Notes: generated by a model from the letters alone, not told the origin. DNA of 62,958 nt, filler included, from Dugesia japonica (GCA_001938525.1; 6 parts of 6 records of this genome joined end to end with filler, not necessarily neighbours in it), one strand, 5' to 3'. Positions 1 through 13,499 are shown, counted from the whole stretch's first letter. Translations and numbers: made by a program.

Positions 1-1932
1 GAAATCCTAACCGCATGGTAACGAGTGGCTTGTTTGATCATTTACAACATTAAATAAATAATCGTTGCTGCGGACTTTGCGTTATTGATTTTAAGATTTT
101 GCATATACAACATTAAATAAATAATCGCTGCGGCGAATTTTGCGTGATTGATTTCAAGGTTTGGTAAAATTACTGTTGTAGTAACGCATATCCATCCTGG
201 ATAGTTTTATGATCTTTTCATTGTAGAATTTTCTAATGGATCACATATGGAACGTGACTACGGACATCCAAACGGGGTTATCTACATTCAAGAAATTCAG
301 GAATCCGCATAACCGGGATGCGGGAATATTAGTCGATAACTCCAACATAACCCCCGAGTTAGCGGAGGAATATCGGAACTGGGACGCCGAAGAACGAGAA
401 GCGTACTACCAGTGGCGTGGCCCCATGCAAGACCGCCCTTATTATCCTCCGTCTCATCGCACTGACTCCGCTTCTCCACCATTACCACGAATTGAACGAG
501 TGTGGTCAGAGAGTCCTACGGTGTTCGGGTTTGCTACCACCCAGCTACTATCTTACAACCACCTTTCTTCCTTCATCCAGAATAACTTGTGGAGCGTGCT
601 TAATTCCATAGGCCAAGTGAATGATGAAAATATAACTCGAGAAAGTTCATAATTTTCGCAGTATGTGTGATTCAATCGAATTATATTATCATTCGTTGTT
701 CTCTTCCTTTGTTGAATTTTGACTAGAATTATTATTATCTTTTAATGTGATCTTATTAATTAATAGCTCATTAAATACAAATTATATCATTCTTTTTGTA
801 GTGCATTCCTCGCTTAACCGTCCACTCGAGCCAACTAAGAAAATCCGTGAGAACAGTGAGGACATAGAGATGTCCTGAAATTTATATCGCCTATCTAAAA
901 GACGTTGGGAGGCCGATGTAGCGACCGCTGAGGCGAAGGTGAAAAGGTACAAAAATAAATGTACCTGGGTTCGGGAGGAATTTCGACTGGCTCAGGAACA
1001 AGAACGAGCCTGGAAAGCTCAAGTCGAGTCATTCGCAGAGACTATCCGATTCAGCCATGACTGAGAGAATAAACTGGTTAAGGATATTCTTTTACTTAAA
1101 GATAAGTCGTATCTCGAACCCCTTATGATTGATAAGGGTACGCAAACAAAAAACAATCTCCGATCGTGACTCTGTAAAATATAAAAAATCATATTTTCCG
1201 TGTTGTTTGTTTAATTTTGTTTCAATTTTAATTAAGATTTAATCATGACCTTTGCTGAATTTGGTCATATCGTATGCTTACTTCACATTCTTGTAATTTC
1301 AGTGCCCAGAATCCAATTTCCTAATAGTCTCAGGAGGTGCCATCGCCTCTTACGCCACCTCCTCATCAAACGTCATTTAAAGAGAAAAGCAGATAAGGCC
1401 TTATTAAAACACCTCGATCAGCGTGACCGACTAATAAAAAAACTCGACCTGGTTATAAAAAAGCAATCAGACTTGGCAAACCAAACTAAAGCATTGGAGG
1501 CGGAAAAAAAAATTTTGCTGCAACGCAAAGTGGAATTCTTGAAACAATATATCGCTGACTTGTCGCGCCAGCTTGGGAATCCAAATATATCTCAGTGGGA
1601 CGAGGATGATGATATAGCGATGTTTAATTTTGTCACCACTACCCCTGACCAATGGTTGGATCCAGAAGCCTTGAATTTATTATAAATGTGTTGTAAATAA
1701 ATAAAAATTTTCTGATTCAAATAAAAAAGATTTTTTATCACCAAATAACAGTAGGGAAAACATATAGAACCCGAACAAAAGGTTTATTGGCGAGCACCTT
1801 CCATCAAGGGTAAGGTCAACCACAATAAACTGAAAACCTACCAAAGGGACGGTAGGGTTAAATTCTTGAAAGGGTTCCCCTGAGGACTGTTGTTTCCCCA
1901 GTCACTTTTCCGACTCAGGTAGAACCCCAACA
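1..1932 (+). mobile_element. Right part of an LTR-like element ending ...ACCCCAACA (left end outside the window)
   Basis: Ends in AGAACCCCAACA (1921-1932), like the element at 33307-34889. The ~70 nt before the end share GTCAAC..CTGAA..TTAAATTCTT..GGGTT spacing with 34760-34830. Higher GC than the flanks. 63-bp-period direct repeat starting at 43 and 106. Confidence 0.55.
236..1685 (+). pseudogene. Spliced orphan coiled-coil gene or pseudogene carried inside the LTR-like element
   Basis: ORF 236-652. Acceptor TTTTTGTAG at 801 followed by a long frame broken only by TGA at 876, 1062 and 1167. Phase-1 donor GTAAAA at 1174 matches the phase-1 acceptor TTTCAG at 1302 into ORF 1245-1685 (heptad-like K/L/E-rich). 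AATAAA after 1685. The exon1-exon2 phase does not match cleanly. Confidence 0.45.
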
Positions 1933-2493
1933 ACAATAATAATAATAATAATAATACTCTTCTTGACTAATTTCTGGCCATTTTGGAGGCATACTCGTTG
2001 CTTCTTTGAGAACATATAAGGTTGTTGCAAAAATATATGGGAAAATCTCTTATGACTTTGTTAACCTTTCATCTTTAAATTCTTTTTTAAATTCTTTTTA
2101 TAATTATTTACGTAACTCAAGACTTTTTTAAAGCTATTTTTTCAAAAGTACTATTTTCTTCAAGAGCCTTAAAATTACTCGGGAACTTCAAAATCTATGA
2201 TAATTATTCATTCAGTTCATATTTATGATCCGATCCATATCTGCACTGAGGAGTTATTCAAAGATAATAATGCCTAACAATTATATAAAACAAAAATCAT
2301 CAATTTTTTACACATTTATTTGTTATCACATTAATTTTCTTTCATATCTCTAGATAATGTTTCTTAAACTATTTTCTACAATGTTGACTTACTGATATTG
2401 AAATATAACCTTAGGCATTACGTATTCATATTTTTTTTGTTTTAATACTTCATTTTACTAATTACTTTATTGATTATTTTATTATCTCTATAG

Positions 2494-3239
2494 GAATCAT
2501 TACATAAGAAAATAAAAACAAACAAATACAGACCATTATTAATGAAAACAATCAAAAAATATACAAGACATATTCTGGAAGGCCTTGAATTTCTGCACGG
2601 ACAAAACATCATTCATAGAGATATTAAAAGTACAAATTTATTGATTATTACAAAATTAACATTGATTAATATAAAAAGGTGAAAATATTTTGATAAACCA
2701 TAAAGATTTTGTAAAAATTGCTGATTTTGGAATGAGTCGATATTTGAAAATAATATCAATGAAAGATCCAAAATCACGTTGTGGTACACCTAATTATATG
2801 GCACCAGAAGTGATTAACAGTGAAGCATATAATTGTTCTGCAGATATTTGGTCTTTAGGAGCAACAGTTTTTGAGATGGCTACAGGTTGGTTATATTTGT
2901 TTTATTAACAATCAAAGTTAACACATTACAATTATAAACAAACATAAAACCTAATACTAATTTTATTAGATAATCATTTTTACTATTGATAAGATAACTA
3001 TTAGAAATTCCGTGAAATTATTTGAATAAATTAAATCTATTCTTCTAGGTCATCGCCCATATCATGAAATGCGTGAGGATGATGTGCTTTTAAAAATTAA
3101 AACTACTAAGACTATCGATTATCCAGCAAATATGCATAATGATATCAAAGAATTTCTCAATTTGATGATAAATGTTGATCCAAATAATCGATCAAGTGCA
3201 ACATCTTTGCTTAATACTGAATTTATTAAGACAAAATAA
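2494..3239 (+). CDS. Ser/Thr protein kinase, STE11/MAP3K-like; last three exons 2494-2629, 2679-2885, 3049-3239
   Basis: Spliced translation gives ...ILEGLEFLHGQNIIHRDIKSENIL...VKIADFG...CGTPNYMAPEVI...ADIWSLGATVFEMATGHRPY...DPNNRSSA...*. GT-AG introns 2630-2678 (49 nt) and 2886-3048 keep the frame. N-lobe exons not found. Confidence 0.85.
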
Positions 3240-4030
3240 ACTGTTAAATTTTCATAATTGGTTGATGTTTTAATTCAACAGTTGATGTTAATTATATTCT
3301 ATTTAATATATCAAATAAGCATATTAAATAATTAATACATATTCAGAAATATATAATAAACTTTTAAAATAAGAATTATTTTTTATCTTAACAATTGTGA
3401 ATTGTTTGAATGATTAATTTTAAAAATACTAATTTATTATGATAAGATAATCACAAAGATAATAAACAAATCAAGCTGTGATCTGAATCATTTAGTTTTT
3501 AATAAATATTAGTTAAACACTAATAAAATTTTGTTGTAGTTTTTTTGATATGTAATAAATTATTAACAAAGTAATAATATGCAATGAAATACACATTTAT
3601 GGTATCCATGAATCTGATTAGCTTTTAAATAATAAATAAAAGTATATTGATTGCTTGTATAATTTTAATTTTAAAATTTTCAGAACATCATATTTACCAT
3701 CTGAAGAATAGACTTGTAATTAGGAAATGAGTAGCGTAATGGAATAGTATCCTCACCCGACGGAGTAAACTTTAATGTTTCGGTTTTCTGTCAATCTGCC
3801 TGTTTAAATTCTTTTCATTGGTGACATTGTATGTGTGTCTGTTATGTTTTGCTACAAGCAATTATTCTGTAAAATTATTAGTATTATTTGACTCAGAATA
3901 AAAACCTACTTATACATTGAACAAAAGGCGATTATCAAAAAATTCTTTGTTTTTGAGATAAGAGTAGTAACTCATCGGATCACTTATAATTATAATAGAT
4001 GTAGTTATATTATAAAAATAATAATGATAC

Positions 4031-4357
4031 TTAGAAAACTTTGGTACCATTCAACTCAAAGAGAAATACTGTCCATAGATTGCCTATATGACTACTATCG
4101 AAAACCTTTCCATTCTCATAATGCATAGAATAATGATAAGTAATATATAGTAATAGTACAACATAGTATACTGTTTTGATGGCAAAGCACCAGACTGTTT
4201 GATCTATATAAGCCAGAAGGGTCTTGCAATCGGTTACGATTTTCAAAGCTTTTTCGTACTCTACGCAAATTAATTGTATCCCATCTAATAAAAATTTGCA
4301 GTAACATAACTTGTAATTCTTGTTAATGAAATCATTCTTGTGAGATATTATATTCAT
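4031..4357 (-). CDS. FKBP-type peptidyl-prolyl isomerase-like fragment (divergent gene or pseudogene)
   Basis: ITYHYSMHYENGKVFDSS...FLFEL aligns without gaps to the FKBP motif VxVHYTGxLxxGKxFDSS...FxFxL. Possible further short exons run down to ~3700 but contain stops. Confidence 0.4.
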   Translation of the reverse strand: MNIISHKNDFINKNYKLCYCKFLLDGIQLICVEYEKALKIVTDCKTLLAYIDQTVWCFAIKTVYYVVLLLYITYHYSMHYENGKVFDSSHIGNLWTVFLFELNGTKVF

Positions 4358-4548
4358 AATCTTTAATGACTTTAATACAATGCCGGATTTTGTTTCTTGT
4401 GGATTTTTGTTATTTGAAACACTTTATCACTCTAATTACTACTGGATTTCTTGATAAATTGTGAAGCTGATATTATAAAAATTCTCATATTGTCACCAAC
4501 TTTATATTTTGGTTTTTATTTGCTATTCATTGTTTTCGTGATAACCAT

Positions 4549-5430
4549 AGTAGATAGATAGTGGTGGGGAAAAACAGCACACATTCAGTAACCCCTCCCC
4601 CCGTGTGTAAAAAGGATTACATAACTTTCCTAATGCAAATACTCGAAGACACACATTTGCGTGAATTACGTAACTGTTTCTCGTATTTTTTGAAAAAATT
4701 ACCGAATTATCGAGTTTTTAATTGAAGAGTAAATTTGTGTGTATTACATAACTTTCATTCGTATTTTTGACTAGTTTACTGATTTAATTGAATAGTATAC
4801 CTAATTATTTGAATGGTTTACCAATTTAATAAGTAGTTTACTGAATTATTTCAAATTTTATATTTTCTGGAAGTTTTGGTACGACATTTCTACGTTAAGG
4901 TTAATCTTGATTAATTATTTACTCACAAGGGTCAATTTCCTATGATTTGCGGTAAAGGTTTCCTCGAAATTAGTCAGTTTTGGACAATTTGGTCAATTAT
5001 TTACCAGTTTGGGTAAATTTAGTTAATTATTTGCTCACAAGGGTATTTTATATGTAAATTTGGTCTAATTTTTCCTCAGGATTGGTCAGGTTGGGTAATT
5101 TTTGGAAGATTTAGTCAATTATTTCCACATTATTGGTCAGTTTAGATAATTTTTTGGCGTTTTGGTGAATTATTTCATCGGAATTGGTAAGTTTAAGATG
5201 AATTATTACGGAAATTCATGGAAAAAGTAGAGTTTGTTTAAATTTTCAAGTTTTTAAAAATTATTTTAAACTATTGTGGTAAATTGGTGAAATTAGGTCA
5301 TTTTAGTTTAAATTTTCAAAATTTTTAAATAAAATTTTTATGGAAATCCGGGAGAACGTCTGAAATTTCGAAAAGATTTTCGAAAAAATTATTTCTCATC
5401 TTTACATAAAATAATCTTATCTATTAGATA
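4549..5430 (+). mobile_element. Polinton-type terminal region (AGTAGATAGATAG...), non-coding
   Basis: Starts AGTAGATAGATAGTGG. Colinear homology with 9487-10130 and 21487-21537. Internal iterated AATTATTTACTCACAAGG units. 5375-5430 recurs inverted at 7535-7590. Confidence 0.6.
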
Positions 5431-6898
5431 GACAACTCTTTGCTGATATATAAACCTAAAATCGTCAATTTTTTAAACAAGTCAAAATTTACAGGAACTT
5501 TTCTAAAATCATAAAATCCATTGTAAAAAAGCGGGTAAATAATTCTAAAATATACTAGAACTATTTCAAAATCATTTAAATTTTCCATAAACTTTTTATT
5601 CATCATTGAAAATTTCTACAAACGTTTCTAAAGCTAGTTAAAATTTACATTAACTTTTCTGTAATAATGATTCTAATACTGACAAGTGTCTATATACAAT
5701 CTATACTCAATCAATTGTACTATCAATCAAACCAAAACATGCAGTCAATCATTCACATATTTTTAATCTTAATATAATAACTGAATTTCGGTATTGTGTT
5801 TTGATTTTAATTCGAATTAATGGTCAAATAATATGAATGATGCATGTATTTTAATTAAAACTTTAAAACTAATAGTTAATTATATCAACATTTTTTATAA
5901 ATCTTGTTTAAATTCATTGTTTGATTTAAATGTAAACTTTTTAAATTTTAAAATTAAATTTGACTTGGTTCAAAAATTACAAATACAAAATAAAGATTAA
6001 ATTTTAAAATATGTGTAAATTTTCTTTAAGTTACTTAGAATTTTAATAAATTTATATAAAAGTTGAATAATTATAATAAGTTCCATAACCTTTCTTCGAT
6101 TTGATTAGATTTTCACCAACCATCCTACTTGATCATTAAAAAACAAGAATTATGCTTCCGATTTTAAGAATTATATGAAAAGTGTAATGAAATTAGGTGG
6201 GATATAACGATTGTATTAAATGTTCACCGTTTATTTTAATTATTATTAAAAATGTATACTTTTCACATAATTTAACTTGTGAAATTTGAATTTATATGAC
6301 TTTAATTATGATTTTATTGTTTCCTTTACGATTAACTTGATGATGATTATTAATTAATGATGAATTAAAATTTTGATGATTAGTTTAATAAATACAATTA
6401 ATTTTTTTTCAAATGTAATGTTATCAATTTAAATTTCATACTTACAAGTTTTCTCAGGGATCAACTAAAGTACTTAACTTTTCAATTTATTTAATCAAGG
6501 ATCAAGATTGGTGATTTTTAACCATGTTTTTCTTACTTAATATAAAATTATCCATCTAATAGATACCTTGATGTTCAAATTTCTTTCTAAAAGATGTTTG
6601 ACATCTTTTATCTATATTAATACTGATAATATTTACTATATTACAATTATACTATATTATACGTCTTCTACAAAGCTTAACAATTTTTAGATGAATATAT
6701 TTAGAATCAACAAAAAATTATATATCTAATAGATACTTTGATGTTCAAATTTGACTGACTTTTTATTTTTTCAAATTTCGATGGTTTATCATTAGAGAAA
6801 CCCATAATAACAACTTGTTTTTAATTTATTTCATCAATAATAAAGTTTGATGATTTTTATCCGTAATAATAATGATATTTGAAATACTTTCAATAACT

Positions 6899-6975
6899 GC
6901 ATGGTCCAGCGATAATAGCATTTCTTTTAAAGTTCATAAGTAGTGTTTCGATTCCTATGATTGTCGACTTATTTC
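6899..6975 (+). repeat. Possible tRNA-derived SINE head (degenerate)
   Basis: A-box-like TGGTCCAGCGA and B-box-like GTTTCGATTCC. The B-box plus tail (GTTCGATTTCTATGATTGT.GACT) recurs at ~8989-9015. Confidence 0.3.
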
Positions 6976-7619
6976 ACCCTTAATTTTTTCTTTATAACGT
7001 TTTATCCATAAGGTTTAGTGATTTATAATCATGTTTTCTTACTCAAACTAAACTTCTCTATCGGATAGACTGATTTATAATTATATTCCAGTTACCCTTT
7101 TGAAATTTCATTATTCCCTCTCGAACTTTCAAAAATGAAGTACATGTTTTTTCTATTTAACATTTTATCTATATAGTTTGGTGATTTTGGATTTACATAT
7201 TTGGAGTCAATGAAAGATTCTCTGTCGAAGATTCTCTGACCAATTTTAAGATACTTTTTCAATTTTCGAAAAAAGTTACCGAATCCGGGAGGACAGCTAA
7301 ATATCTTCAATAGGAAGTATTTTTACCAAGACGATATTTTTAAGTTTGCGCAGTCACTTTTTCTCGTGAGTAAAATAATACTAAATTTGAAACCATACGA
7401 GGTATATATTTAGAGAAAATTGAGCACCAAAATTCAAAATTTGAGATTTGTCACCACAAAACTCTTTTTATTTCATTCCAGATAAAATTTTGCGATTTTA
7501 GGTTTATATATTAGGAATCAGCAAAGAATTTTTTATCTAATAGATATAATTATTTTATGTAAAAATGAGAAATAATTTTTTCGAAAAACTTTTATTTGTT
7601 TAAAATAATTTCCATCAAA

Positions 7620-8180
7620 TTCTGATTCTATTGATGCAAAAATCTATCAACAAGAGCTACACCATAGAATAAAACGACTGAAGAAAGATGTTATCGACGA
7701 TGCCAATTATCTGATGAGACATTATGTCATGTCATTTAAAAATTCACTGTAAATTTAGAAATTATCCAATAAAGACATAATGCATAATTAAAACTAATAA
7801 TTAATGAATTGAATAATCGAGAAATAATGGTTGTGGTAGACCATATGTGTTCTATAGTCCCAGAGTCAAAAGAAAGAGTTGATTTAATGATAACCAATAT
7901 GGAAAAAAGCAAATATTTTAAGTTGACATTAAATGCCCTATTGATTCTATGCATAATTTCGAAAGGTTGATAGTGCAAACTTACAAAAATATGCCATTTT
8001 GATACAAGAAATACAATTAATTAAACAGGATTTCAAAGTGGAGTTACTAATCTGGATAACTTGGATCAATACAACCTTCAACAGAAAACATTCTTAAGAA
8101 AATTGGTGTGCAGAAATCTCAAATAACAAAGCTTCTGAAATCTTGTGCCATCTCAAACATGGTTTTTCAGCAAAATTTGG
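7620..8180 (+). mobile_element. Decayed C-terminus of an RLE-type (R2/NeSL/R4-like) non-LTR retrotransposon
   Basis: Across frameshifts: CYRRC...ETLCHVI zinc knuckle, RHN, GRPYVF, VDIKCPIDS..NFE, LGS. This is the order of the CCHC / RHN / PD / D-x-K restriction-like endonuclease motifs. Confidence 0.6.
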
Positions 8181-9108
8181 AATTTTCACAAAACTGGCAT
8201 AATACTCACTAAATCCATATAAAACAAAAAAGAAAAGGGCCTTGCTAAAAGTAAAATCACTATATATAAATTATTTTTACAATTAAAAAAATAATGAACA
8301 ACAAAAAGTAAACTTAAATAAATGAAATGAAAATATGTTTTATATAAATTGTAAATAACCGGGATTGCATAAAAAAATTTAAAAAATCAATTTATTATAA
8401 ATATATTGCACTCGACATTGATCGCTGTTGGTATTATGATTTGTTATCTTTTGATAAAATTTTTATTCCAGAATAAAAAAAACGTTAAATTTGTTTAAAT
8501 CAATAATTTATTACGTTTCCTTTTTGAAAATAATCTAGATTATGTTTACCAATTAATATGAATAAATTAACTAATAATTTTGATTGTGAACATATTATGA
8601 CTACTCCTAATGAATTTCACGCACAAACTTTCGTCAACAAAAGCTACAATGGTCAAATCTCTGATTCTTATCCTAAGCATGCCGACAAATGTAGTACTTT
8701 GAATTGGACTAGTTCTAAATCTGAATTTGGTAATTGAAATTCCCGAATTCAAAGGTTAGAAAGCCTGATTTCTAATAGTAATGATCAAATGCCTAAGAAG
8801 TTGTCAATTATCATATGCAGAAAGAAAAATTCGATTGGAATCGTCTATATATTGAAATGTTTTATTAAGCAAACAAACCTCTTATATTAAAAAAAGATTA
8901 ACATATATATTTATTAGTCCCAAACAGAACTCCTAATTAGAACTTATAAAATCAATCAAATTTGTTATATATAATAAATGTTTTATTGGGTTCGATTTCT
9001 ATGATTGTAGACTAATTTTACACATTGTTTATCGTATTTGTTAAGTCTCCTATAAATATTGACGATTTTAGATGATGATATTTAGAATCATCAAAAATTT
9101 CTCTATCC

Positions 9109-9180
9109 CAGGGGTCTCAAACTGAAGTAATCTCTCGGGTCGTATTAGACTAAATTCGTTAGTCCGCGGACCGCATTTAT
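9109..9180 (+). mobile_element. hAT (Charlie-like) terminal fragment
   Basis: CAGGGGTCTCAAACT terminus followed by a CCGCGGACCGCA subterminal motif. No partner end found. Confidence 0.45.
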
Positions 9181-9486
9181 ACCGTAACTCACTGTAACAA
9201 TTTTCTTCAATTGTATACCACACTATTGGTAATATTATTACTAATTATACGTATTATATTATAATATAATTATATTATATTGTATTTGTTAGTTATATCT
9301 GAAAAACAATTTATTATTGAATAAATGAATTATTTTCACCTATTAGCTGAAATTCTTCATTTTTATTTTATTTTATTATTCATATTATATGTTTAGAACA
9401 TTTAGTAGGCTAATTATTGTGTAGCATATAAGTATTATTCTAAAAGAAATAAAATAACCATTAAAACATTTATTCTAATAAATCTG

Positions 9487-10330
9487 AGTAGACGGATAGA
9501 AGGACACATAGCCAGCATACATTCAGCAAGCCCACCCCCTGTGTGTAAAGATTATTACATAACTTTTTCAATGTAAATACCCAAAGACATATGTTGGTGT
9601 TTATTACGTAATTATTACATAATGGCTATAAATTTATGTTATTTAGGCGGCGACACACATTTATATGAATTATGTAGCTATTTCTCATATTTTTTGAAAG
9701 GTGGACCGAATTATCGGGTTTCTAATAGATGAATAAATTTGTCTTTATTACATAACTTTTGCTCGTATTTCTTTTTTAAAATATTTTCTGGATTATTTTA
9801 TAGGACATTTACACGTTAGGGGTAATCTTGATTTATTATTTACTCACAAGGTCGATTTCCTATGATTTGGGGTAATAATTTCCTAAGGAATAGTCAATTT
9901 GGGTCAGTTTGGATGACTTGGTCATATATTTACTCGGTTTGGACGATTAAGTCCAATTATTTACTTTTTATAGGTAAACATGGTTGATTATTTACTCACA
10001 AGGTCAATTTTCTATGATTTTTGAGCAAACCCTCGGGTTGGTCTGTTTGGGTAGAATTTTTTACGGAAATCCATAGGAAATAGACAAATTTGTTTATATA
10101 ATTCAAAATATTAAACTTTTTATAGGAATCAGGGTATACATCTTCTCAAAATAGGTTAAGAAAATGTTTTTTTTGATGGAAAAGTTTTCTCTGAGTTCAA
10201 ATATGTTAACCTAAAATCACCAAAGTTAATACTTGATGAAATAAATGAAGATTTCTGGTGATTAAATTTCAAAATTCAGAGTTTAGTACTCAGAACTCTG
10301 TGCTCAGATAACAGCTATTGACTCACATTT
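9487..10330 (+). mobile_element. Second copy of the Polinton-type terminal region
   Basis: Starts AGTAGACGGATAG. Alignable to 4549-5350 (CCCCC.GTGTGTAAA, TTACATAACTTT, ACCGAATTATCG, TTATTTACTCACAAGG blocks). Confidence 0.6.
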
Positions 10331-10545
10331 GATATTATTTAACTCAAAAGGGAAATAAAATACAAGTACTTTATCTAGTATAATTCAAATAAATTTAATT
10401 GAATTTAAATTAATTAATTTTTAAATAACTTTAATAAGAATTTTCTAGAATCAATTGTTTAAACTTATCAATGTATTTAATTAATACACACCTGTTCTAA
10501 AACTTATATAAATTGAATCTCAAATTCATTATTCATTATTTCAAA

Positions 10546-10896
10546 ATGAAGATCATTGAAACTCTTACCAAGGAAAATTCTTCTACACTTGTATTCGAGT
10601 GTGAAAAACCAAGAAATTACTTCAAACATGAGATGTTTTTCTTTAAGAGAACATTCAATTATATTTTTCAAGTAATATTTGATTTGCTAATTACTTTATT
10701 AATACATTTTTATTTAGAATCCTGTTAAAGTGAAACCTTGTGTGTATGATTTATACATATATGAAATAAGTGACAATGATCAAAAAACTCTTAATGAACT
10801 ATTCGTAAGAATCAGTGGTCGTATGAAAATTGAAGATGCAACATTTATTAAATCTAAAGAAAATAATGTTCAAGAAAGTAAATCAAAGATTACAGT
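10546..10896 (+). CDS. Unknown spliced protein, truncated by the assembly linker
   Basis: ATG at 10546. A phase-0 46-nt intron GTAATA...TATTTAG (10672-10717) joins ORFs 10513-10728 and 10730-10948 into one frame. Confidence 0.4.
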
Positions 10897-10996
10897 NNNN
10901 NNNNNNNNNNNNNNNNNNNNNNNNNNNNNNNNNNNNNNNNTTAATTAATTAANNNNNNNNNNNNNNNNNNNNNNNNNNNNNNNNNNNNNNNNNNNN
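10897..10996. other. Artificial scaffold linker (also 21538-21637, 31077-31176, 39720-39819, 50363-50462)
   Basis: Exactly 44 N + TTAATTAATTAA (stops in all six frames) + 44 N, repeated five times. Confidence 0.95.
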
Positions 10997-12484
10997 TTCT
11001 CAAAATAATTATAAATTCAAATATTGATCCTATCGATTGATTGGGGATTTTCCATGAAATATTTAATAATGTTTTGTTTGAATCTATGGATTTTGTAAAA
11101 TTCAATATTTTTATATTATCTAAATTAATAAATCAATAATTTTATTTTTATTTATTTAATTATAATTATCATCATTATAAGTCACATATATATGAATTTT
11201 ACATGTATAGAATTCTTTTTCAGATGTTTCTCCAATATTTTCATTTCGAAAAGTCTTCATTTGTCTCTCAACTCGTATTTTAACAATGTAAATAAGATTC
11301 CTAGACAAATTTGACAATGCTTCATTTGTCCTATCTAAAAAAATTTTATATTGCAAATATTTTTTTCAATTAACATAGAAAATGATCAATTATATTTTAT
11401 AAATTTTAGAACAGTAATAAATAATAAAGCAATACAACGTTAAATATTAGTTATATCAAACAGAAATCAAAATGAAAATCCATTCTATTATGCTATTAAA
11501 AGAGAGGGTATGTTTAGAAAATATTTAAAATTATCAAAACTGGATTTCCATCAACATAATATGATAATATAAATTTTAGAGTCCTGGTATTATAATAGAT
11601 AAAAATATTTATATTCATTGACGTGTAGAGTCATACTTTGTAAGACAAAATGTACGAACATATTCAGGTTCTTTTATAATTTTTACAAATTTTCATTCAT
11701 TTTTTCTTGGCGTAATTTGTTGATAAATTTTCTATAAATATTATAAACGTATAAAAAGCCTAAAATATTCTTTACATAACTTGACTTACTGAAATTTGGT
11801 ATGGCTTCAAATAACCTACTTTCATTTTTGAATAGCCGACCTNNNNNNNNNNNNNNNNNNNNCCTGCTCCCGGATTTCGTTTAATACTTCCTTGTTGATT
11901 GCACAGCTTCATAACATTAAAATACAAATATAATAATAAATGTCAACCAATAGTTAGAGATTTTATTCTTAATATTCTTCAAATAAAAATTATTTAAATA
12001 AACTTTATTGGTTAATGTTCTTTGCTATTATTTTCAAACATTTCAAAATAAAATGTCGGGAAATCACAATAAAGGCGCTATCAGTAAAGTAAATTTATTG
12101 GGTTTTTTTAAATAAAATTCTTAATTTTAAATAAAATTCTTAATTTTAAATAAAATTCTTAATTTTTAAATTTTTTTAACAACATTTTCAATAAAAAATC
12201 AATTTATTTAATAATATTTTATTACTGTTACCTATAAAATCAAAGATGTTTTTCCAACATATTTAAATTTTTAATTTTAGATTATAATAAAATTTTTTAA
12301 AACCTATGAAAATGGAAATTTATTTCAAAAAATAAAATACAAAACCCATAAAACATTGTGAAAATAAAAATTGAAAAATCACTTTATATCCAAAAAAATT
12401 TTTAAAATTTTTGAATTAATTTTATTTAATAATTAAGAATTTTATTTAAAAAAATTAAAAATTATATTTAAAGAATTAATTATG

Positions 12485-13300
12485 AGTAGATATATAGTAG
12501 CGGATCAAAACACTTGCAGTTATCGCGCACATCCCGGGAGGGCTTGGAAAGACATTACGATTGTGTTATGATTTTTGTGCTATGATTTTTTGAATAGTTT
12601 TTTTTTCTAAAATTTTTGGGATCAGATAATTTTTGATCGGATCATTTATTTTTATCCTGTTGGTGCGTGTGATTATTTTTAAATTTTAAAATTTCTGTGT
12701 TTGGGTTTTTAAGGTGTTTTATAAAAAGTAGGTCAAGTTGAGTTTGCATGTGTTGTTGTGTGTGGTGTGTGAAAGAACGGTTTTAGACTTGAGGAGGAGC
12801 TGGAAATCTTGGAAATAATTTTTTTGGAGTTTTTAAGATTTTGTTGTTATTGGAAAAATATTTGGTCTTTATATTGTCTAAAGGACTTATAGGGTTGGAT
12901 GGATTGATTTTGCTAGAAGTGTGGTAGCACATCAGATCAGTCGTATGAGTTATCGTAGTGGTTTATTTTGGGAGGCTGTAGGTTTGTATGTGGTTGATGG
13001 AATTTGTTGGTTGATGTGTGGTTTGAGAAGTAATGTAATGGAGAAGATCTTGAATGTCGAATGTGCTTTGATTGTTTATATTAAGGGCTTGAATTTGATT
13101 GGTTATGTTTTGCAAGTAGTATTAGTGTGTTAAAGAAATTTTTCGGGAAGGGGACAAAGGTATTTGTAGAAAGACAATTAATTATTAGTTTTTAAAGATT
13201 TATTTGAAATTTTTCATGAGGTGGGGTATGACGTCATAGTCTTTTGAAATCTTTATTTTAGTTAAAAATGCTGTATTTTGCTTAAAATGATGAATTTCCT
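12485..13300 (+). mobile_element. Polinton left terminus and subterminal region
   Basis: AGTAGATATATAGTAGCGG... The first ~170 nt are homologous to the reverse complement of 39820-40009 (CCCGGG core, GATTGTG.TATGATTTTTGTGCTA, TTTTTGATCGGATCA). Leads into a repeat array and a pPolB remnant. Confidence 0.7.
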
Positions 13301-13499
13301 GAAAGTAATATTATTTTTGTAAAAATGATGAATTTTTGAATATTTTTGAGTATTTTTGAACAGGGAAGATTTGTTTTTTAAATATTTTTTCAACCAGGAA
13401 GAGGGAAGTCTTGATATTTGTTTTATGAGGGAAATTCAAAAATTTATTTTTGCATGGAAAATTTAAATTTTTTTGAGGAGAATTTATATTTATGTATGA

